NCBI RefSeq assembly: GCF_035561255.1
Contig: NZ_DATMXX010000086.1
Span: 1-58,320, forward strand
Reading direction: 5' to 3'
Length of the DNA stretch: 58,320 bases
Origin: Sporomusa sp.
GTDB taxonomy: Bacteria; Bacillota; Negativicutes; Sporomusales; Sporomusaceae
In this document: positions 1-9,561 of the stretch, piece after piece
Layout of the letters: each line of letters begins with the position of its first letter
Position numbering within the stretch: position 1 is the stretch's first letter
Notes under the pieces: generated by a model
The model's input: only the letters and a program-made list of their open reading frames with translations
Told to the model about the DNA's origin: nothing
Databases searched by the model: none
Position numbers and translations under genes: made by a program

Positions 1-8
1 GTGAACAG

Positions 9-39
9 ATGCTCCTGCCACTATGGCGGGAGCATTTTT
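9..39 (+). terminator. Intrinsic terminator of the upstream gene
   Basis: ATGCTCCTGCCA-CTA-TGGCGGGAGCAT hairpin followed by a T run. Confidence 0.7.
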
Positions 40-62
40 GTAAAAAATCAACCATATTTTTC

Positions 63-131
63 TTGACGCATTTAGGGATAATCGATACAATATATTGTAT
101 CACGATAAATGATAAACACTAAATCTTGTGT
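63..131 (+). promoter_or_regulatory. sigma-A promoter with tandem NrdR boxes
   Basis: TTGACG (63-68), 17 bp, TACAAT (86-91). Palindromic boxes ATACAATATATTGTAT (85-100) and ACACTAAATCTTGTGT (116-131) start 31 bp apart, upstream of a ribonucleotide reductase. Confidence 0.85.
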
Positions 132-150
132 TGTGTCAGGGGGCTATTGT

Positions 151-2379
151 ATGAATTTATCAGACAATGCGATTAAAGTTTTAGAAAAACGATATCTATC
201 AAAAGATGAGCATGGACAGTTGTTAGAAGATGTTGACGGATTGTTTCGCAGGGTTGCTAAAGCTGTTGCCGGTGCAGATGCCCCAGATGTTTCAGCAGCC
301 GCGTTACAGGCTATTGAGGATGAATTCTATGAGATGATGTCCAGTCTGGAGTTTTTGCCAAATTCACCGACACTGATGAACGCAGGCAGGCCGTTGGGGC
401 AATTAAGCGCTTGTTTTGTGCTGCCAATAGAAGACACGATGGAAGATATCTTTGAAACGCTAAAAAATGCTGCCATGATTCATAAAAGCGGCGGTGGCAC
501 AGGTTTCAGTTTTTCCCGGTTGAGGCCTAAAGGGGCTGCTGTAAATTCAACAGGCGGGGTTGCCAGTGGTCCGGTTAGTTTTATGAAAGTTTTTAATGCG
601 GCTACTGAAGCGGTTAAGCAGGGCGGCACGAGAAGAGGCGCCAATATGGGCATTCTCAGGGTCGACCATCCGGATATAATGGAGTTTATTACTGCTAAAA
701 AGGACAACGCCGATATTACAAACTTCAATATTAGTGTTGGCATTACTGACGTGTTTATGAACGCGGTGGCAGAGAATGAGGAATATGACCTAATCGATCC
801 TCATCATCGTACTGTAACCGGGCGATTAAACGCAAGAGAAGTCTTTGATGTAATTGTGGATATGGCCTGGAGCAATGGTGAGCCTGGAATCATATTCTTA
901 GACAGGCTGAACCAGGATAATGTAACACCGGAGCTGGGCGATTTTGAAAGTACCAATCCTTGTGGGGAACAACCGCTGCTGCCGTATGAATCCTGTAACC
1001 TTGGTTCGATAAATCTAAGCCTGATGGTAATAGCTAAGGAGAATAAACCGGCAATCGATTTTGAACGAATTGGTATTGTTGTAAAAAAAGCCATTCATTT
1101 TTTGGATAATGTTATAGATGTGAATAAGTATCCGCTGCCTGAGATTGAGCAGATGACAAAGAGCACCAGAAAGATTGGGTTAGGTGTTATGGGCTGGGCT
1201 GATCTGCTGTGCCAGCTGAGGGTTCCGTATAATTCGCAACAGGCATTGCTCCTCGCAGAGCAAGTGATGGGTTTTATCCGGGAGCAAGCAAGAAAGGCTT
1301 CTATGGAACTGGCAGAACTAAAAGGCGTGTTCCCGCATTTTGAGCAAAGCACCTATCACCAGCAGGGGCTCAGGCTCCGCAATGCAACGACAACCACAAT
1401 TGCACCAACCGGTACGTTAAGTATCTTAGCCGGTGTCTCCAGCGGCATTGAACCGCTATTTGCGTTAGCTTATATTAGGAATGTTATGGATAATGATGAA
1501 TTAATGGAGACAAACCCATTTTTTAAACAAGCGGCTATCGCTGGCGGGTTCTATACTGAACCGTTAATGAGGACAATTGCCGCCCACGGAACCATAAAGG
1601 GGCTGCCGGAAATCCCGCTATCCATTCAGGATGTTTTTGTTACCGCTCATGATATTTCCTCAGAATGTCATGTAAAAATGCAGGCCGCATTTCAGAAATA
1701 CACCGATAATGCTGTCTCTAAGACGGTTAATCTTAGTAATAAAGCTACCCGGGAAGATGTTCAGGATGTATTTAACTTAGCCTATGAAGCAGGCTGCAAG
1801 GGTGTAACGATTTACCGGGACGGCAGCCGGGATTTGCAGGTGCTTAATATTGGTAAGGTTAATGGTAAAGAAACACCCTTGGCGGAAAATGCCGTGGCGG
1901 AGACTAAGCAAGGTTTTTTTGCCCCAAGGGCCAGACCTGATATAACTACCGGATTTACTGAAAAAGTTAAGATAGGCTGCGGCACGATATTTATTACTGT
2001 TAACTATGATCAGCATGGCATCTGTGAGGTCTTTACCAACACAGGCCGGGCCGGTGGCTGCCCATCACAATCCGAGGCTACGGCACGGTTGGTGTCAATC
2101 GCCTTGAGATCCGGTATGGATGCTCATTCTATCATTGATCAGTTAAAAGGGATAAGATGTCATTCGACAATCCGGCAAAAAGATTTGAAGGTGTTATCAT
2201 GCCCTGATGCAATTGGCAAGGTGATTGAAAAAGTCATGAAGCTGCAAAATGGGGATAAGGCTGAAGCAAATACTGTGTTTACGGACGGGGATAATGAGTG
2301 TCCGGAATGCGGTAAGCCGGTAGAGCATGAAGGTGGCTGTGTAATTTGCCGGCATTGTGGTTTCAGTAAATGCGGTTAA
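151..2379 (+). CDS. nrdJ: Adenosylcobalamin-dependent (class II) ribonucleotide reductase with C-terminal TSCPD/zinc-ribbon region
   Basis: Motifs [31 protein letters not shown] and C-terminal CPECG...CRHCG; no nrdB nearby. ATG 151 follows a GGGGG SD. Confidence 0.92.
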   Translation: MNLSDNAIKVLEKRYLSKDEHGQLLEDVDGLFRRVAKAVAGADAPDVSAAALQAIEDEFYEMMSSLEFLPNSPTLMNAGRPLGQLSACFVLPIEDTMEDIFETLKNAAMIHKSGGGTGFSFSRLRPKGAAVNSTGGVASGPVSFMKVFNAATEAVKQGGTRRGANMGILRVDHPDIMEFITAKKDNADITNFNISVGITDVFMNAVAENEEYDLIDPHHRTVTGRLNAREVFDVIVDMAWSNGEPGIIFLDRLNQDNVTPELGDFESTNPCGEQPLLPYESCNLGSINLSLMVIAKENKPAIDFERIGIVVKKAIHFLDNVIDVNKYPLPEIEQMTKSTRKIGLGVMGWADLLCQLRVPYNSQQALLLAEQVMGFIREQARKASMELAELKGVFPHFEQSTYHQQGLRLRNATTTTIAPTGTLSILAGVSSGIEPLFALAYIRNVMDNDELMETNPFFKQAAIAGGFYTEPLMRTIAAHGTIKGLPEIPLSIQDVFVTAHDISSECHVKMQAAFQKYTDNAVSKTVNLSNKATREDVQDVFNLAYEAGCKGVTIYRDGSRDLQVLNIGKVNGKETPLAENAVAETKQGFFAPRARPDITTGFTEKVKIGCGTIFITVNYDQHGICEVFTNTGRAGGCPSQSEATARLVSIALRSGMDAHSIIDQLKGIRCHSTIRQKDLKVLSCPDAIGKVIEKVMKLQNGDKAEANTVFTDGDNECPECGKPVEHEGGCVICRHCGFSKCG

Positions 2380-2386
2380 GAGCGCC

Positions 2387-2425
2387 AAAAGTAACCTGCC
2401 GGTAGTTCCCGGCAGGTTACTTTTT
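2387..2425. terminator. Intrinsic terminator after nrdJ
   Basis: AAAAGTAACCTGCCGG-loop-CCGGCAGGTTACTTTTT. Confidence 0.85.
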
Positions 2426-2548
2426 ACGGGGAAATCCTGCGGGCTTGCAGGATTTTAATGAATGAAGCTGAAAATACAGTTTGGAATCTCCATCTGGGGA
2501 GACAATAGTGTCTGATAATGTCCTGGGAGAAACGTTAAGGAGGAAAAG

Positions 2549-4558
2549 ATGATGAAAATTGTACGCTCGGTATGCCCCTATGATTGTCCTGACGCCTGTG
2601 GTCTGCTGGTTTCAGTCGAGGAGAGCAGGGTGGTTAAAGTCCAGGGAGATCCGGAGCATCCCTTTACCAGAGGCACATTATGCCCGAAAATGAATCAATA
2701 TGAGCGTACCGTTCACTCACCGCAACGGATCACGACACCTTTACGCCGAAGCGGTGCCAAAGGGACTGGTACCTTTGAACCGGTCTCCTGGGAAGAGGCG
2801 ATTGCCGGCATAACAACAAAATGGCAGGATATTATTGCTCAACATGGGGCGGAAGCAATCCTGCCGTATTCCTATGCCGGGACGATGGGGCTTGTACAAC
2901 GCAATGCCGGCCACCCTTTCTTTTACAGTCTGGGTGCTTCACAGCTTGAGCGCACAATCTGTTCTCCGGCCAAAGGCTGCGGCTGGAATGCAGTCATGGG
3001 CCAGACGATGGCATTACATACGAATGAAATCCATGCCAGCGACCTCATTATTCTTTGGGGCATCCATGCGTTAGCAACAAATATTCACATCATGCATGAC
3101 ATTCAGACAGCCAAAAAACAAGGGGCCAGAGTATGGCTTGTTGATACTTATGAGAGTCCTACTGCGAGGATTGCCGACAGGGTAATTCTTGTCAGGCCGG
3201 GGACCGATGGCGCGCTGGCAATGGCTATGATGCATGTGATCGCACGGGAAAACCTGGCTGATAAAGACTTTATCAAGCGCTGTGTGCAAGGGTATGAGGA
3301 ACTGAACACAACTGTCTTACCGGACTACCGGCCGGCGGCAGTCAGTGAGCTCACCGGCATTGCTGCTGCCGACATTGAAGAAATAGCCAGATTGTATGCA
3401 ACTGCCCGCGCCCCATATATTCATTTAGGCAGCGGCCTGTCCCGGTATAGTAATGGGGCCATGACGGTCCGGGCCATCACTTGTTTGCCGGCTGTTGTCG
3501 GGGCCTGGGATAAGCCCGGGGGCGGATTATTTGCCAGTACCTCTACCGGTGCCGCCTTTGCTACGCAGCGTATCACCCGGGAAGATTTCATAGCTAAGCC
3601 GGTCCGAACAATCAATATGAATCAACTGGGCCGGGTGCTAAATGAGGTAAACAATCCACCAATCCACAGTCTTTATGTGTATCACTCCAACCCTGCGGCC
3701 ATAGCACCTGATCAGAACCGGGTTCTACAGGGCCTGGTCCGGGAAGACTTATTTACTGTTGTGCATGAGCGTTTTATGACAGACACTGCTAAATATGCGG
3801 ACTTTGTTTTGCCGGCGACTACTTCTTTGGAGCATAGTGATATTTACCGCTCATACGGCCATTATGGCGTACAGTGTGCCCGGGCGGTTATTCCGGCAGT
3901 CGGGCAGGCCAAATCCAATTGGGAGGTATTCTGTCTGCTGGCGGCGGCGATGGGGATCAGGCAGCCCTTTTTTACCCAGTCGGCTGATGATTTAGTTGAC
4001 AGTATATTGGACCAGCCTTCGGAATGGCTGGCCAGTACGCGTATGGATGCGTTGCGGGCCGGGTACCCGGTTGAATTGCCGCTGCCGGCCGGCTATAAGA
4101 CTGATTTCAAAACGGCTTCAGGTAAAATCGAGATATTCAATGCAAACCAACCCGAGCCTTTGCCCAGGTATGTTAAGCCCCATGGCGATCATGCTGATTT
4201 CTGGCTTGTCAATGCCCCCGATATGCGATTATTAAATTCATCATTTAATGAACGGGAGGACTTGACGCAAACCAACAAAATGCTGCTTAAGATGAATCCT
4301 GAGGATGCTGCAAACAAGGAGCTCCGAGACGGGCAGCTTGTTATTGCTTATAATGAACGGGGCGAGGTAACCTTTAACCTGGCGGTTACGATGAGTGTGC
4401 CGGCTGGTATTGTTGTCAGCGAAGGGGTGTGGTGGCTGAAACATGCCCCCGGCAAGCGCTCAGTCAATGCGCTTACCTCGCAGCGTCTTACCGACCAGGG
4501 GCAGGGCAGTACTTTTTATGATGTAAAGGTGAATGTTCGTGTTGCCGAAAGCGCTTAG
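2549..4558 (+). CDS. Molybdopterin (bis-MGD) oxidoreductase, single-subunit YyaE-like
   Basis: N-terminal CPYDCPDACG...LCPK Fe-S motif, TDTAKYADFVLPA, C-terminal molydopterin-binding domain; AGGAGG SD. Confidence 0.85.
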   Translation: MMKIVRSVCPYDCPDACGLLVSVEESRVVKVQGDPEHPFTRGTLCPKMNQYERTVHSPQRITTPLRRSGAKGTGTFEPVSWEEAIAGITTKWQDIIAQHGAEAILPYSYAGTMGLVQRNAGHPFFYSLGASQLERTICSPAKGCGWNAVMGQTMALHTNEIHASDLIILWGIHALATNIHIMHDIQTAKKQGARVWLVDTYESPTARIADRVILVRPGTDGALAMAMMHVIARENLADKDFIKRCVQGYEELNTTVLPDYRPAAVSELTGIAAADIEEIARLYATARAPYIHLGSGLSRYSNGAMTVRAITCLPAVVGAWDKPGGGLFASTSTGAAFATQRITREDFIAKPVRTINMNQLGRVLNEVNNPPIHSLYVYHSNPAAIAPDQNRVLQGLVREDLFTVVHERFMTDTAKYADFVLPATTSLEHSDIYRSYGHYGVQCARAVIPAVGQAKSNWEVFCLLAAAMGIRQPFFTQSADDLVDSILDQPSEWLASTRMDALRAGYPVELPLPAGYKTDFKTASGKIEIFNANQPEPLPRYVKPHGDHADFWLVNAPDMRLLNSSFNEREDLTQTNKMLLKMNPEDAANKELRDGQLVIAYNERGEVTFNLAVTMSVPAGIVVSEGVWWLKHAPGKRSVNALTSQRLTDQGQGSTFYDVKVNVRVAESA

Positions 4559-5517
4559 CCCGGGGGCTCAGGATAAAATAATTTTGACAGATAATCAATA
4601 GCCGCATCTACCCGGCTGGCGGGATTTACCGCAAATAATTGATAGGGCAACTGGTATACCTGGTTTTGCTGCACAGCTTTGAGTTTTTGCCAGGCAGGAT
4701 GAACCATTAATTCGTAACGGATTTTATCGCTCACTTTTTGCTCATAGCTGTGGCTAATCAGGAGAATCAGGTCCGGTTCGGCCTGCCCCGTAAACTCCAG
4801 ACTCAGTGGTGCATACGGCATAGCCTGGGTGGCCACACCTTCGGCCACATTAATTGCATTAAGGCGACCGATGAGGTCGCCGGTAAAACTGTTGGGGAGT
4901 GCCATATAGAAGTTCTCAAGCGAGCCCCAGACGATGAGTACCCGGGGGGCAGGCTTATTTTTGCTTTTTGCCTGGGCTTGCTGTAATCTATTGTCTAAGC
5001 GGTCAATTACCTGACTGGCTTGTGCGGGATGGTCGGTCAGTTCTCCATAAAAGCGCAGGGCCTGGCTGATTTGCTGAAAACTATCCAATCTTTGCAGGTA
5101 CACCGGAATACCGGCTTTCTCTAGGGTCGAGACAATTGGCTGGCGCAAATGGATATCTGTTGCCAAGACTAAGTCGGGTTTTAAGGCGATAATTTGCTCA
5201 ATGTTGGGGCAGGGAGTTTCACCTACTGCCGGGACATCCTTAATTTTCTCCATTAATTCCGGTGGTAGGGCCATGGTAGTGGGGCGGCCGATCAATTGTC
5301 CCCCGGCAGCATAGTATAAATCGACATTGGAGGCGTTTAGGGCGATCAGCCGCAGCGATCTCCCTTTTTTTATAGTTTGCACTAAATTGCATTTTGGGCA
5401 CTGGATTTCGATATATTTTACCTGACCTTTAAACAGCAGCCTGTTGCATTTTGAACAACGGCACTCGTTTGAGTCTGCTATACCCAATCTGCCGGTGGGG
5501 TTAGACGGTGCTTGCAT
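4555..5517 (-). CDS. Fusion of a Mu Com-like zinc ribbon and a heme/iron ABC substrate-binding domain, no signal peptide
   Basis: N-terminal CRCSKCNRLLFKGQVKYIEIQCPKC; remainder is clearly paralogous to 6414-7391 (LNASN, EQIIALKPDL, LPYxLFAVNP). AAGGAG SD favours ATG 5517 over 5535. Confidence 0.85.
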   Translation of the reverse strand: MQAPSNPTGRLGIADSNECRCSKCNRLLFKGQVKYIEIQCPKCNLVQTIKKGRSLRLIALNASNVDLYYAAGGQLIGRPTTMALPPELMEKIKDVPAVGETPCPNIEQIIALKPDLVLATDIHLRQPIVSTLEKAGIPVYLQRLDSFQQISQALRFYGELTDHPAQASQVIDRLDNRLQQAQAKSKNKPAPRVLIVWGSLENFYMALPNSFTGDLIGRLNAINVAEGVATQAMPYAPLSLEFTGQAEPDLILLISHSYEQKVSDKIRYELMVHPAWQKLKAVQQNQVYQLPYQLFAVNPASRVDAAIDYLSKLFYPEPPG

Positions 5518-5583
5518 GCGATTACTCCTTTTCATAATTTATCATGGGATGTATCCCTAATCGCCTCAGACCGGATGTTCAGT

Positions 5584-5637
5584 AAAAAAATAAACTCCGC
5601 GTGAAATAATATTTCACTACGGAGCTCAAGGCTCTCT
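5584..5637 (-). promoter_or_regulatory. Leader attenuator copy A: AGAGAGCC-TT-GAGCTCCGT hairpin plus U-tract
   Basis: Minus strand reads AGAGAGCCTTGAGCTCCGTAGTGAAATATTATTTCACGCGGAGTTTATTTTTTT, between the promoter and the Com-SBP gene. Confidence 0.8.
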
Positions 5638-5638
5638 T

Positions 5639-5688
5639 TAATAATCATTCTCATTTATATTATAAGGAAAATGATAGGAATTTGTCAA
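5639..5688 (-). promoter_or_regulatory. sigma-A promoter with Fur box for the Com-SBP fusion gene
   Basis: Minus strand TTGACA (5688-5683), 18 bp, TATAAT (5664-5659); Fur-like TGAGAATGATTATTA at 5653-5639. Confidence 0.8.
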
Positions 5689-5793
5689 GAATAAGACTGT
5701 AAAGTACGGTTTGTTACAATTAAGGCGAAAACCAGCCATTCCAGAAAGGGAGTAGGCTGATTAAATTGATTGGAGATATTTACAAAAAAACGG

Positions 5794-5822
5794 TTGACTT
5801 TGATAATCATTATCAATATACT
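5794..5822 (+). promoter_or_regulatory. sigma-A promoter with a perfect Fur box filling the spacer
   Basis: TTGACT (5794-5799), TTGATAATCATTATCAA (5800-5816, 8-1-8 palindrome), TATACT (5817-5822). Confidence 0.9.
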
Positions 5823-5830
5823 AAGATACA

Positions 5831-5881
5831 AGAGAGCCAATGCGAGCTCCGTGACGGGTAATACAGGCACGGGGCTTTATT
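5831..5881 (+). promoter_or_regulatory. Leader attenuator copy B: AGAGAGCC-AATGC-GAGCTCCGTG...CACGGGGCTT
   Basis: 10-bp stem 5844-5853/5868-5877 with a weak U-tract, at the very 5' end of the predicted transcript, before the Com gene. Confidence 0.75.
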
Positions 5882-5919
5882 GCTAGGTGAATATTCTTTC
5901 AGTTATTGGAGTGATGCAC

Positions 5920-6105
5920 ATGGAGAAAGCTAAAAACCTACGGCCGGCCAAATCAAAATTGCCGGAAGTACGTTGTTTTCAGTGCAATCGTTTATTGTTT
6001 TGCGGAATTGCTGAAGATATGGAAATCAAATGCTCACGTTGCGGAGCTATTCAGTATATAGGTAATAGCAAACAAGAGTCCAGGGTGAATATTAGCAGCT
6101 GGTAA
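5920..6105 (+). CDS. Mu Com-family zinc-ribbon protein (61 aa)
   Basis: EVRCFQCNRLLFCGIAEDMEIKCSRCG fits the Com pattern RCxxCN(K/R)LLF...EI(K/R)CxxC; GGAGTG SD before ATG 5920. Confidence 0.85.
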   Translation: MEKAKNLRPAKSKLPEVRCFQCNRLLFCGIAEDMEIKCSRCGAIQYIGNSKQESRVNISSW

Positions 6106-6148
6106 GTGAAATAAGATGCAAGGCAGAGTGCCCTGCTACATAAAACTT

Positions 6149-6196
6149 AGAGAGCCAAGAGCTCCGTGTCAATATTGCACGGGGCTTTGTTTTTTT
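6149..6196 (+). promoter_or_regulatory. Attenuator copy C: AGAGAGCC-AA-GAGCTCCGTG...CACGGGGCTT-TGTTTTTTT, an intra-operon terminator
   Basis: 10-bp stem 6159-6168/6178-6187 plus strong U-tract, between the Com gene and the uptake genes. Confidence 0.85.
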
Positions 6197-6198
6197 CG

Positions 6199-6372
6199 GT
6201 CACCCCCGCAATTGAGCGGACAGCTCTGACAGGCGTGCAGGTGGTTCGTTTCTCAGGTGTGGCTGCTCTGGATGAGGCGGCGTTGACTTTGGTACGGAGG
6301 GTTTGCCCTTTTGTGCATAATGCCGGGAGAACGATTGCGATGAATATTCCTATAGCTTACCAGTTGGATTGA
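6199..6372 (+). pseudogene. tonB: C-terminal fragment of energy transducer TonB
   Basis: VQVVRFSGVAALDEAALTLVRRVCPF...MNIPIAYQLD resembles TonB_C (SSG..LD.AA...P...PI.(F/Y).L); no N-terminus or credible start. Confidence 0.65.
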
Positions 6373-6413
6373 CTGTAAAAAAAAGCGTGACAGACGCAGG
6401 AATGAGGTAGAAG

Positions 6414-7391
6414 ATGAGTCAGAAAATTAGCAGGATAACTGTTGGTATTATCATTTTATTATTGGCTGCCAGCACACTGTTTTTGTTTAAAGGCCAGACA
6501 CAGCCGGTAGCGAATCAGGCAGCCGCCCGGTATCGTGTAACCGATAGTGCCGGCAGGCAGGTGGAGATACCCCGCCGGCCACAGCGGGTGATTGTTTTAA
6601 ACGCATCTAACCTGGAACTGTTTTATGCAGTGGGCGGGACTGTGGTAGGCCGCCCCAGTACTGAGGCTCTGCCACCGGCTGTTAAGGCCGCCGTGCAGCA
6701 GGTACCGGCTGTCGGCATTACGCCCAATCCAGATATTGAACAGATTATTGCCCTCAAGCCTGATCTGATTCTGGGGGTTAACATGCCTTTTCACTATAAC
6801 CTGATTCCTGTGCTGGATAAGGCGGGTATTCCCATTTTGCTGCAAGCACTGGGGAATTATCAGCAAGTGATTGAGACGCTGCAGTTTTATGGTCAACTGA
6901 CAGGTCAACCGGACCAGGCCGCTGCGGCTATTGCCAGGATTGAGTCACGTTATGAGGCGATCATTAAAAACAGCAAAGACCGTCCGGCCCCTAAGGTTGT
7001 GGTGGTCTGGGGGACACCGGAAAGCTTTCATATGGCAACCTCCCGTAGCTTTACTGGCGATCTGGTTAACCGGCTGGGGGCGGTGAATGTGGCTGATCAG
7101 GGAAATAGCAGTGGTGGGCAGATGGGTTATGTACCGCTAAGTATGGAGTATGTTGCTAAGCAAAATCCGGATATGATTTTCCTGATTACCCATAGTCCTG
7201 ATGAGAAAACAAGCAGGAAAATCCGTGATGAACTGGCTAATCATCCGGCCTGGCGCGGTCTAAAGGCTGTTGAGGATAATCAGGTTCACCTGTTGCCATA
7301 TAACCTATTTGCTGTCAATCCAGGTACTCAGGTTGGTGAAGCGCTGACCGTTTTGTCCGGCTTCTTATTTCCGGGGGAGGCTAAACAGTGA
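6414..7391 (+). CDS. Heme/iron-chelate ABC transporter substrate-binding protein
   Basis: N-terminal signal/TM segment, VTDSAGRQVEIPRRPQRVI, EQIIALKPDL (helical-backbone class III SBP). Confidence 0.9.
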   Translation: MSQKISRITVGIIILLLAASTLFLFKGQTQPVANQAAARYRVTDSAGRQVEIPRRPQRVIVLNASNLELFYAVGGTVVGRPSTEALPPAVKAAVQQVPAVGITPNPDIEQIIALKPDLILGVNMPFHYNLIPVLDKAGIPILLQALGNYQQVIETLQFYGQLTGQPDQAAAAIARIESRYEAIIKNSKDRPAPKVVVVWGTPESFHMATSRSFTGDLVNRLGAVNVADQGNSSGGQMGYVPLSMEYVAKQNPDMIFLITHSPDEKTSRKIRDELANHPAWRGLKAVEDNQVHLLPYNLFAVNPGTQVGEALTVLSGFLFPGEAKQ

Positions 7392-8395
7392 GAGAATTAG
7401 CCTCAGATCCCCGTACGGTCTGGCGGTCGGTTATCAGTATATCCGGTCTGGCGGCGTTGGTGGCGGCACTGTTCATTGGGATCAGAATTGGTGCCGTACC
7501 AGTCAGTATGTATGATATCTGGCAGGTATTTAGCGGCCCGGCGGCGGGGAATGAATATTATCAAATCATCTATAATATCAGGGTGCCACGGGTAATAGTA
7601 GGTGCTTTAACCGGGATAAACCTGGCTTTGGCCGGCTGCATCCTGCAGGGGGTGTTGCGCAATCCTCTGGCTGACCCCGGCATTATTGGAGTATCGGCCG
7701 GAGCCGGGCTGGCCGCGATGGCTGTGATGATCTTGTGGCCAGGGCTGACAGCTCTGGTGCCTGCGGTTGCTTTTGCCGGGGCGCTGGTGGCGGCCGGAAT
7801 TGTGTTTCTACTGTCCTGGGACCGGGGTGTGCAGCCGTTGCGGCTGATTTTAGCCGGGGTGGCCCTGGCGGCGTTTTTTGGTGGCGGGATGAGCGCGCTT
7901 ATGGTTTTTCATTCTGATAAGGTGCAGGGGGCCGTTAACTGGATGGCCGGTGGATTTCAGGGCCGCAGCTGGGATCATGTCAGAATGATTCTGCCTTACA
8001 GCTTTATCGGTATACTGGGGGCGGTGTTGTCTTACCGTTATCTCAATACCCTGCAATTAGGGGACGAAGTGGCTAAAGGGCTGGGGATCAGGGTGGAGAC
8101 AGCCCGGTTTACCCTGGTGGTGCTGGCAGCCTTGCTCGCTGCTTCCGCCGTTAGTGTGGCCGGCCTGCTGGGCTTTGTCGGACTGATTGTTCCTCATATA
8201 ACCCGTATGCTGGTCGGTTCCGATTTCGAGTACCTGATGCCCTGCGCAGCGGTGTTGGGAGCCACGCTGGTGGTAGCTGCCGACACGGTTGCCCGCACTG
8301 TATTCAGCCCGGTTGAGGTACCTGTGGGAATCTTTATGGCGTTTCTGGGGGCTCCGTTCTTTATATATTTACTGCGGAAGGGGATGGGACGATGA
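7388..8395 (+). CDS. FecCD/HmuU-family ABC permease
   Basis: RVPRV, LRNPLADPGIIGVSAGA, LGDEVAKGLG, GFVGLIVPHI. Confidence 0.93.
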   Translation: MRELASDPRTVWRSVISISGLAALVAALFIGIRIGAVPVSMYDIWQVFSGPAAGNEYYQIIYNIRVPRVIVGALTGINLALAGCILQGVLRNPLADPGIIGVSAGAGLAAMAVMILWPGLTALVPAVAFAGALVAAGIVFLLSWDRGVQPLRLILAGVALAAFFGGGMSALMVFHSDKVQGAVNWMAGGFQGRSWDHVRMILPYSFIGILGAVLSYRYLNTLQLGDEVAKGLGIRVETARFTLVVLAALLAASAVSVAGLLGFVGLIVPHITRMLVGSDFEYLMPCAAVLGATLVVAADTVARTVFSPVEVPVGIFMAFLGAPFFIYLLRKGMGR

Positions 8396-9198
8396 ATCAT
8401 ACCATTGAGGCTCGCGCCATTAAACTTGGTTATGGCAGCAAAGTGATTGCTCCGGCAATAGATCTTGTGCTTGATAAACCGGAGGTTATTTCAATTATTG
8501 GCCCGAACGGCTCAGGTAAATCGACACTGCTGAAGGCCCTGAGCCGGTTACTGGTTCCCTTAGCAGGGTGTGTTTTGCTGGATGGCAGGGATATTCACCG
8601 GCTGCCGCCCCAGGAGGTGGCCAGAACTATGGCAATACTGCCTCAGTCAGTGCATGCCCCGGGAGATATGACAGTCTGTGATCTGGTGGCTTATGGGCGC
8701 ATGCCTTATAAAAAAATGTTTGCACAGCTGACAGGTGCTGATAAGGACTATATGGCGGCTGGGTTGGCAGCTACCGGTATGCAGGATTTGCAGCAGCGCC
8801 GTCTGGACAGCTTGTCAGGCGGTGAGCGGCAGCGGGCCTGGCTAGCTATGGCGCTTGCCCAGCAGCCACGCCTGCTGCTGCTGGATGAGCCTACAACCTA
8901 TCTGGATATTCATCACCAGTTGGAGTTAATGAAGCTGATCCGCAAGCTTCATCAGGATATGCAGCTTACTGTTGTTATGGTGCTGCATGACTTAAACCAT
9001 GCAGCCCGGTTTAGTCAGCGCATTATTGCAGTTAAAGAAGGTCTGATTTTTGCTGACGGGCCGGTGAAAGAGGTATTTACTGTGGAGAATCTGCGGTCAT
9101 TATATGGGGTTGAAACTACGGTTATGACGGTTGAACAAGGAGGTAGCTCACATCTTGTTTGTTTCCCACATGACAGCTGTCTGGCCCCGGGAGCCTGA
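8392..9198 (+). CDS. FepC/HmuV-family ABC ATPase
   Basis: [34 protein letters not shown]. Confidence 0.93.
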   Translation: MNHTIEARAIKLGYGSKVIAPAIDLVLDKPEVISIIGPNGSGKSTLLKALSRLLVPLAGCVLLDGRDIHRLPPQEVARTMAILPQSVHAPGDMTVCDLVAYGRMPYKKMFAQLTGADKDYMAAGLAATGMQDLQQRRLDSLSGGERQRAWLAMALAQQPRLLLLDEPTTYLDIHHQLELMKLIRKLHQDMQLTVVMVLHDLNHAARFSQRIIAVKEGLIFADGPVKEVFTVENLRSLYGVETTVMTVEQGGSSHLVCFPHDSCLAPGA

Positions 9199-9546
9199 TA
9201 CGGCCCTAAGGCTGTACCGACTTTGCAAAACGTATGGTGAGCAGCAGGTATTATGCGACATCTCACTCACAGTAACCGCAGGTGAAATATTTGGGTTGCT
9301 GGGTCCGAACGGTGCAGGGAAGACCACGCTGATGAAACTGATTGCCGGCCTGATTCCGGCCAATTGGCTATCTTCGGACAGGATAGTGCCAGGGAACGGC
9401 AGGCCATTAAACCGGTTATTGCCCTGGTAGCCCAGGACAATAATCTGGAGCGGGAATTCACTGTGCAGGAGGCATTGCTTACCTATGCCAGGCTGTATGG
9501 TATTATCAAACCACGACAGCGGGTGGCGGCGATAGTAAATGAATGA
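9170..9546 (+). pseudogene. Frameshifted, truncated ABC-2 type ATPase
   Basis: GPNGAGKTT in one frame; continuation AIFGQD...[13 protein letters not shown] in another frame from about 9364; stops before the signature and Walker B motifs. Confidence 0.8.
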
Positions 9547-9561
9547 ATTGTCAGCCTGACT

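Noticed and set aside
40-150. Cobalamin riboswitch upstream of nrdJ
   Set aside because: Leader is too short and has no B12 box; NrdR boxes explain the region
151-2379. Intein or intron in the ribonucleotide reductase
   Set aside because: Normal length with contiguous motifs; no splice-junction residues seen
2380-2386. GAGCGCC just before the nrdJ terminator, resembling one Com half-site
   Set aside because: Single 7-mer with no second half-site, and not part of the stem; expected by chance
2447-2476. Possible sigma-H promoter (GCAGGATTT...GAAAAT) before the molybdoenzyme
   Set aside because: -10 match is imperfect; too weak to report as a feature
5887-6105. Prophage interpretation of the Com-like gene
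   Set aside because: No mom/methyltransferase, structural, integrase or transposase genes nearby; the context is Fur-regulated uptake
5584-6196. CRISPR-like or known riboswitch reading of the three GAGCTCCGT repeats
   Set aside because: Irregular spacing, both strands, no cas genes; no cobalamin, NiCo or other aptamer consensus recognised
6166-6372. 68-aa ORF as an intact gene
   Set aside because: Its GTG start lies inside the attenuator stem with no SD; better explained as a TonB fragment
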